Source of the DNA: Laetmonice hystrix
Taxonomy: Eukaryota
Length of the DNA: 64,000 bases
Assembly (NCBI GenBank): GCA_965235115.1
Contig: OZ249445.1
Span: 12,400,001-12,464,000 of the forward strand
Direction of reading: 5' to 3'
Shown: piece by piece, positions 61,230 to 64,000 of the stretch
Position numbering within the stretch: the stretch's first letter is position 1
How the letters are laid out: each line of letters begins with the position of its first letter
Translations under genes and position numbers: made by a program
The notes under the pieces: generated by a model
Database searches by the model: none
The model's input: the letters and a program-made list of their open reading frames with translations, nothing else
What the model was told of the DNA's origin: nothing

Positions 61230-63660
61230 ATTACACTAGCACAGGTAACACTTCCTGCTTGGTAGTTATTGTAAGTCAACATTTTATGTTTGTTATTTCT
61301 GGAACTAGTGCGTGCACAACAGGAGAACAGGGAGACTCTACGGGTGAGCAAGAACATCTCATCACTCAACGTTGTAAAGCTTTTTTCCCCATTTGTTGAA
61401 ATGTTGTTCTGTCTGTCTCCCTCTTCTTTTTTTTAGAGAGAGACAGATGACTTTTGTGCGGTTAACACTGTTTTCATACAGTAAGGATATAAATAGGTTG
61501 GGGCAGTGCTGAATGGAGGTATTATTATAGTCACTACACCCAGAATAGATGCTATGATGCGGAAGACCTAGATATCCCTGACACCCATACTTCCCAGATT
61601 GTGGAAGATACCACTCGGTAGACGATATGGGCATGGATTGGTGTTTTTAGATTCAACGCAGCAACATGTTGTTGACATTGTGGCTGATTGTGCGCCTGAT
61701 TATAGATGAAGAGATCTCCAGTTCTGAATGGCATACATGTAGAAAACCTGAATATTGGAATACATCATACAAATAATGTTTACATCAAGATGACAATAAA
61801 CATATCCAGTCCTCTTTCCAACCTCTAACCCCACCCACACACCCCAAAAAAGGGTAAAGGAGATAAATAAGATGTCAACTTGCCCCAAACTTACCTTTAA
61901 ATGTATACTCCCTCATGAACCAGAGGAACCTTAGTTTACAGACCGGCATAGTTAAATTTACAGAAAAAGCATGTACAAAAAATGTATTATATTTGGCGTA
62001 AGGAAACTTGACAGTAAAAATATCCTTACTTAGACTAGTAAGGACACTGTTCTGATACTAAGTGGAGATATTGTTTACTGAGGCCTAAACAATGCAAACC
62101 TTGGGCAGCAGTGCAAAGGGAAGCAAATGTTAAACAGGAGGTGACAGCTCATATATATAAAGATATTATGCTAAAATGAGGTGTAAAATGTCTCATGGTG
62201 GCTATTTCATGCAGCCTTTTTTAAAATTGAGGCATGAGATCATGGACTCAGAGACCGACCACGATAATGTATACTGATACCTATTTATTTATTTATTGTA
62301 TTTTTTTTTGTTTGCGCGTGTAAATTAAGTCAGTGATCGCGATCCTGGTCCGCAGAACCTGCGCATGAAACAAACGCCCTGACTTTAAATCCTGGAAATG
62401 TTAATGATATCGGATAACCAAAAATGCAGTTTTTATTTAATAACGAGTAAGTATGGAGGTCGTTTTTTTTTTCTTTCTTTATGTTACAAGTATCCTATGT
62501 ACATGGGATCTGACTACTAGGCTGGGTTTCTAGTGATACGATAATATCTGCTTTGGTTATGAGGTGTACTTTCAGCACTGCATATCTGTATTTAGTTCAC
62601 ATGCACGGTATTGGTCATACTTTTAAATCAATATTTAAAGTACTTAATGGAAAATTGTTGAAATGAGTAGCGGTTTACTGCAGCATAGAGTGAGGTGAGG
62701 ACTAGTAAATATGTTGCTACGACTATAATATCAGCCCATCCAGATAAAATTTGTGAAAAATTAAACTTGTAGAAATTAGCCCAGGCATTGGAAGTATTGT
62801 GTGTATCCTCTTCAAGTGTTGATATCTTGCTGTTGATAATATTGTGTAAACCAATGTATTTCTTTCAAAGATAGGAATTTGGTGTCAATTTGCAAATTTA
62901 GACCCGCTAATTAGATATGTCATATAGCACCCAGGTGTAAATAGGAATCGTGAGTGATTCCTCACAGTAGGAGATGTAAATAATGATTGTTAACCCAAAG
63001 GGATGGTAATTAGAACACAGCTGCAAATTTGCGATTGCAGAATTGATTTCCTTTGTGCTCTGTTGTGGAAATTCTTTTTCTACTACAGTACTACTTACTG
63101 GTACACAATATGTTACACAAAAGTTGTCGTACATGGAAGTTTCGTCCACTTTGAAGAAATGACCGGGATTTTTTTCCCAGTGATGATCCAAGACACATTC
63201 CTCATTTAACAATAAATTTATAAGTGAAAAAGCAGATCTGAGTTTTTGGATATGACTCTGGGGTACCAGTCTAGTAACTGGTGCTAATTGCTGGAAAGCT
63301 GTTTTGTCAAACCCATCAGGGTGCTGCAATTTCGGTAATAATCATAAAGTACCCGGTGTTGATGATAAAACCTGTGCAGCAGACCGTGTCAGTTATTTGA
63401 TAGATCTAGATATGAACATTTTAGCCTTGGCTGTTTAGTAACCAAAGCTAGTGGCATAATCTGGGCTGATCCCCGCAAACCAGCCAATATTTATTTCTAC
63501 ATCAACTTCAAGAGGCTGCAATAAGAGTAGCTTCAGAAACAGACCAGGGACAACCGATTCTAATTTCCATTCAGTGTCTGTTGTGTTTATTCTGAGTGCA
63601 CAAACAATGCAACGTATCGCAACTTTTTTTTGTACCGGTAATATTACTGTTGTCATTGTA
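61230..63660 (-). pseudogene. Probable decayed single-exon Toll-like receptor (LRR-TM-TIR) pseudogene
   Basis: In order along the minus strand: LRR-like pieces (SVVPGLFLKLLLLQPLEV; STPGTL*LLPKLQHPD; GFDKTAFQQLAPVTRL; SKISTLEEDT), LRR-CT-like IDLKV*PIPCM* (62633-62597), juxtamembrane-like VFYMYAIQNWRSLHL (~61750-61700), TIR box-1-like IHAHIVYRVVSSTIWEVWV (~61640-61585). Many stops and frameshifts. Confidence 0.42.
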
Positions 63661-64000
63661 TGTATATTTATCCAAAGACATTTTATTGTATAGTGCAGTA
63701 TCTATACTGTATAGGATCCTTCTAAATATAAGTGTATTGGGTTTTATTAGTGGTATATTTTCTTGTATTATCTTAGTCACATGATTGAGTCTTAGTGTCG
63801 CACATTGGTGATTGTTACAAAAGTTTATTTTGTATTACAATATAAGGTACCTGTATTAAATATTGATGAATATATATAACTTACCGATATAATATCACCG
63901 AGGTGAACTCCATGTCTGGACATTGTTGGAAAATGTCGGACATGTACAGAAACTTTTAGATAAGCAGACCTACAGAGCATATTCTCTGTTGCCACGAGGA

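Overview
AT-rich, intron-containing animal (invertebrate bilaterian-type) genomic DNA; no prokaryotic, rRNA or CRISPR content. Manual splicing gives five intact genes, mostly invisible in the ORF track. (1) A 7-exon alpha-arrestin (ARRDC) gene, minus strand, 6483-14164. (2) A 3-exon TMEM263-like gene, minus strand, 23538-30205, with a probable GC-AG first intron. (3) A 21-coding-exon kinesin-II motor subunit KIF3B/KRP95, plus strand, 35791-44738. (4) A 9-exon gene, minus strand, 50046-54439, encoding about 288 aa with two tandem RFX-type winged-helix DNA-binding domains and no dimerisation domain. This is the most unusual object in the window. (5) A 2-exon TMEM86/YhhN lysoplasmalogenase, plus strand, 54731-58186, head-to-head with gene 4. 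The window also holds a decayed LTR-retrotransposon remnant, a probable Toll-like-receptor pseudogene, a 3.5 x 334-bp identical tandem array with Pol III A/B boxes, a possible 5-kb nested composite transposon in TMEM263 intron 1, and many MITEs. All exon models come from splice signals, frame continuity and recalled family motifs. No database search or expression data was used.
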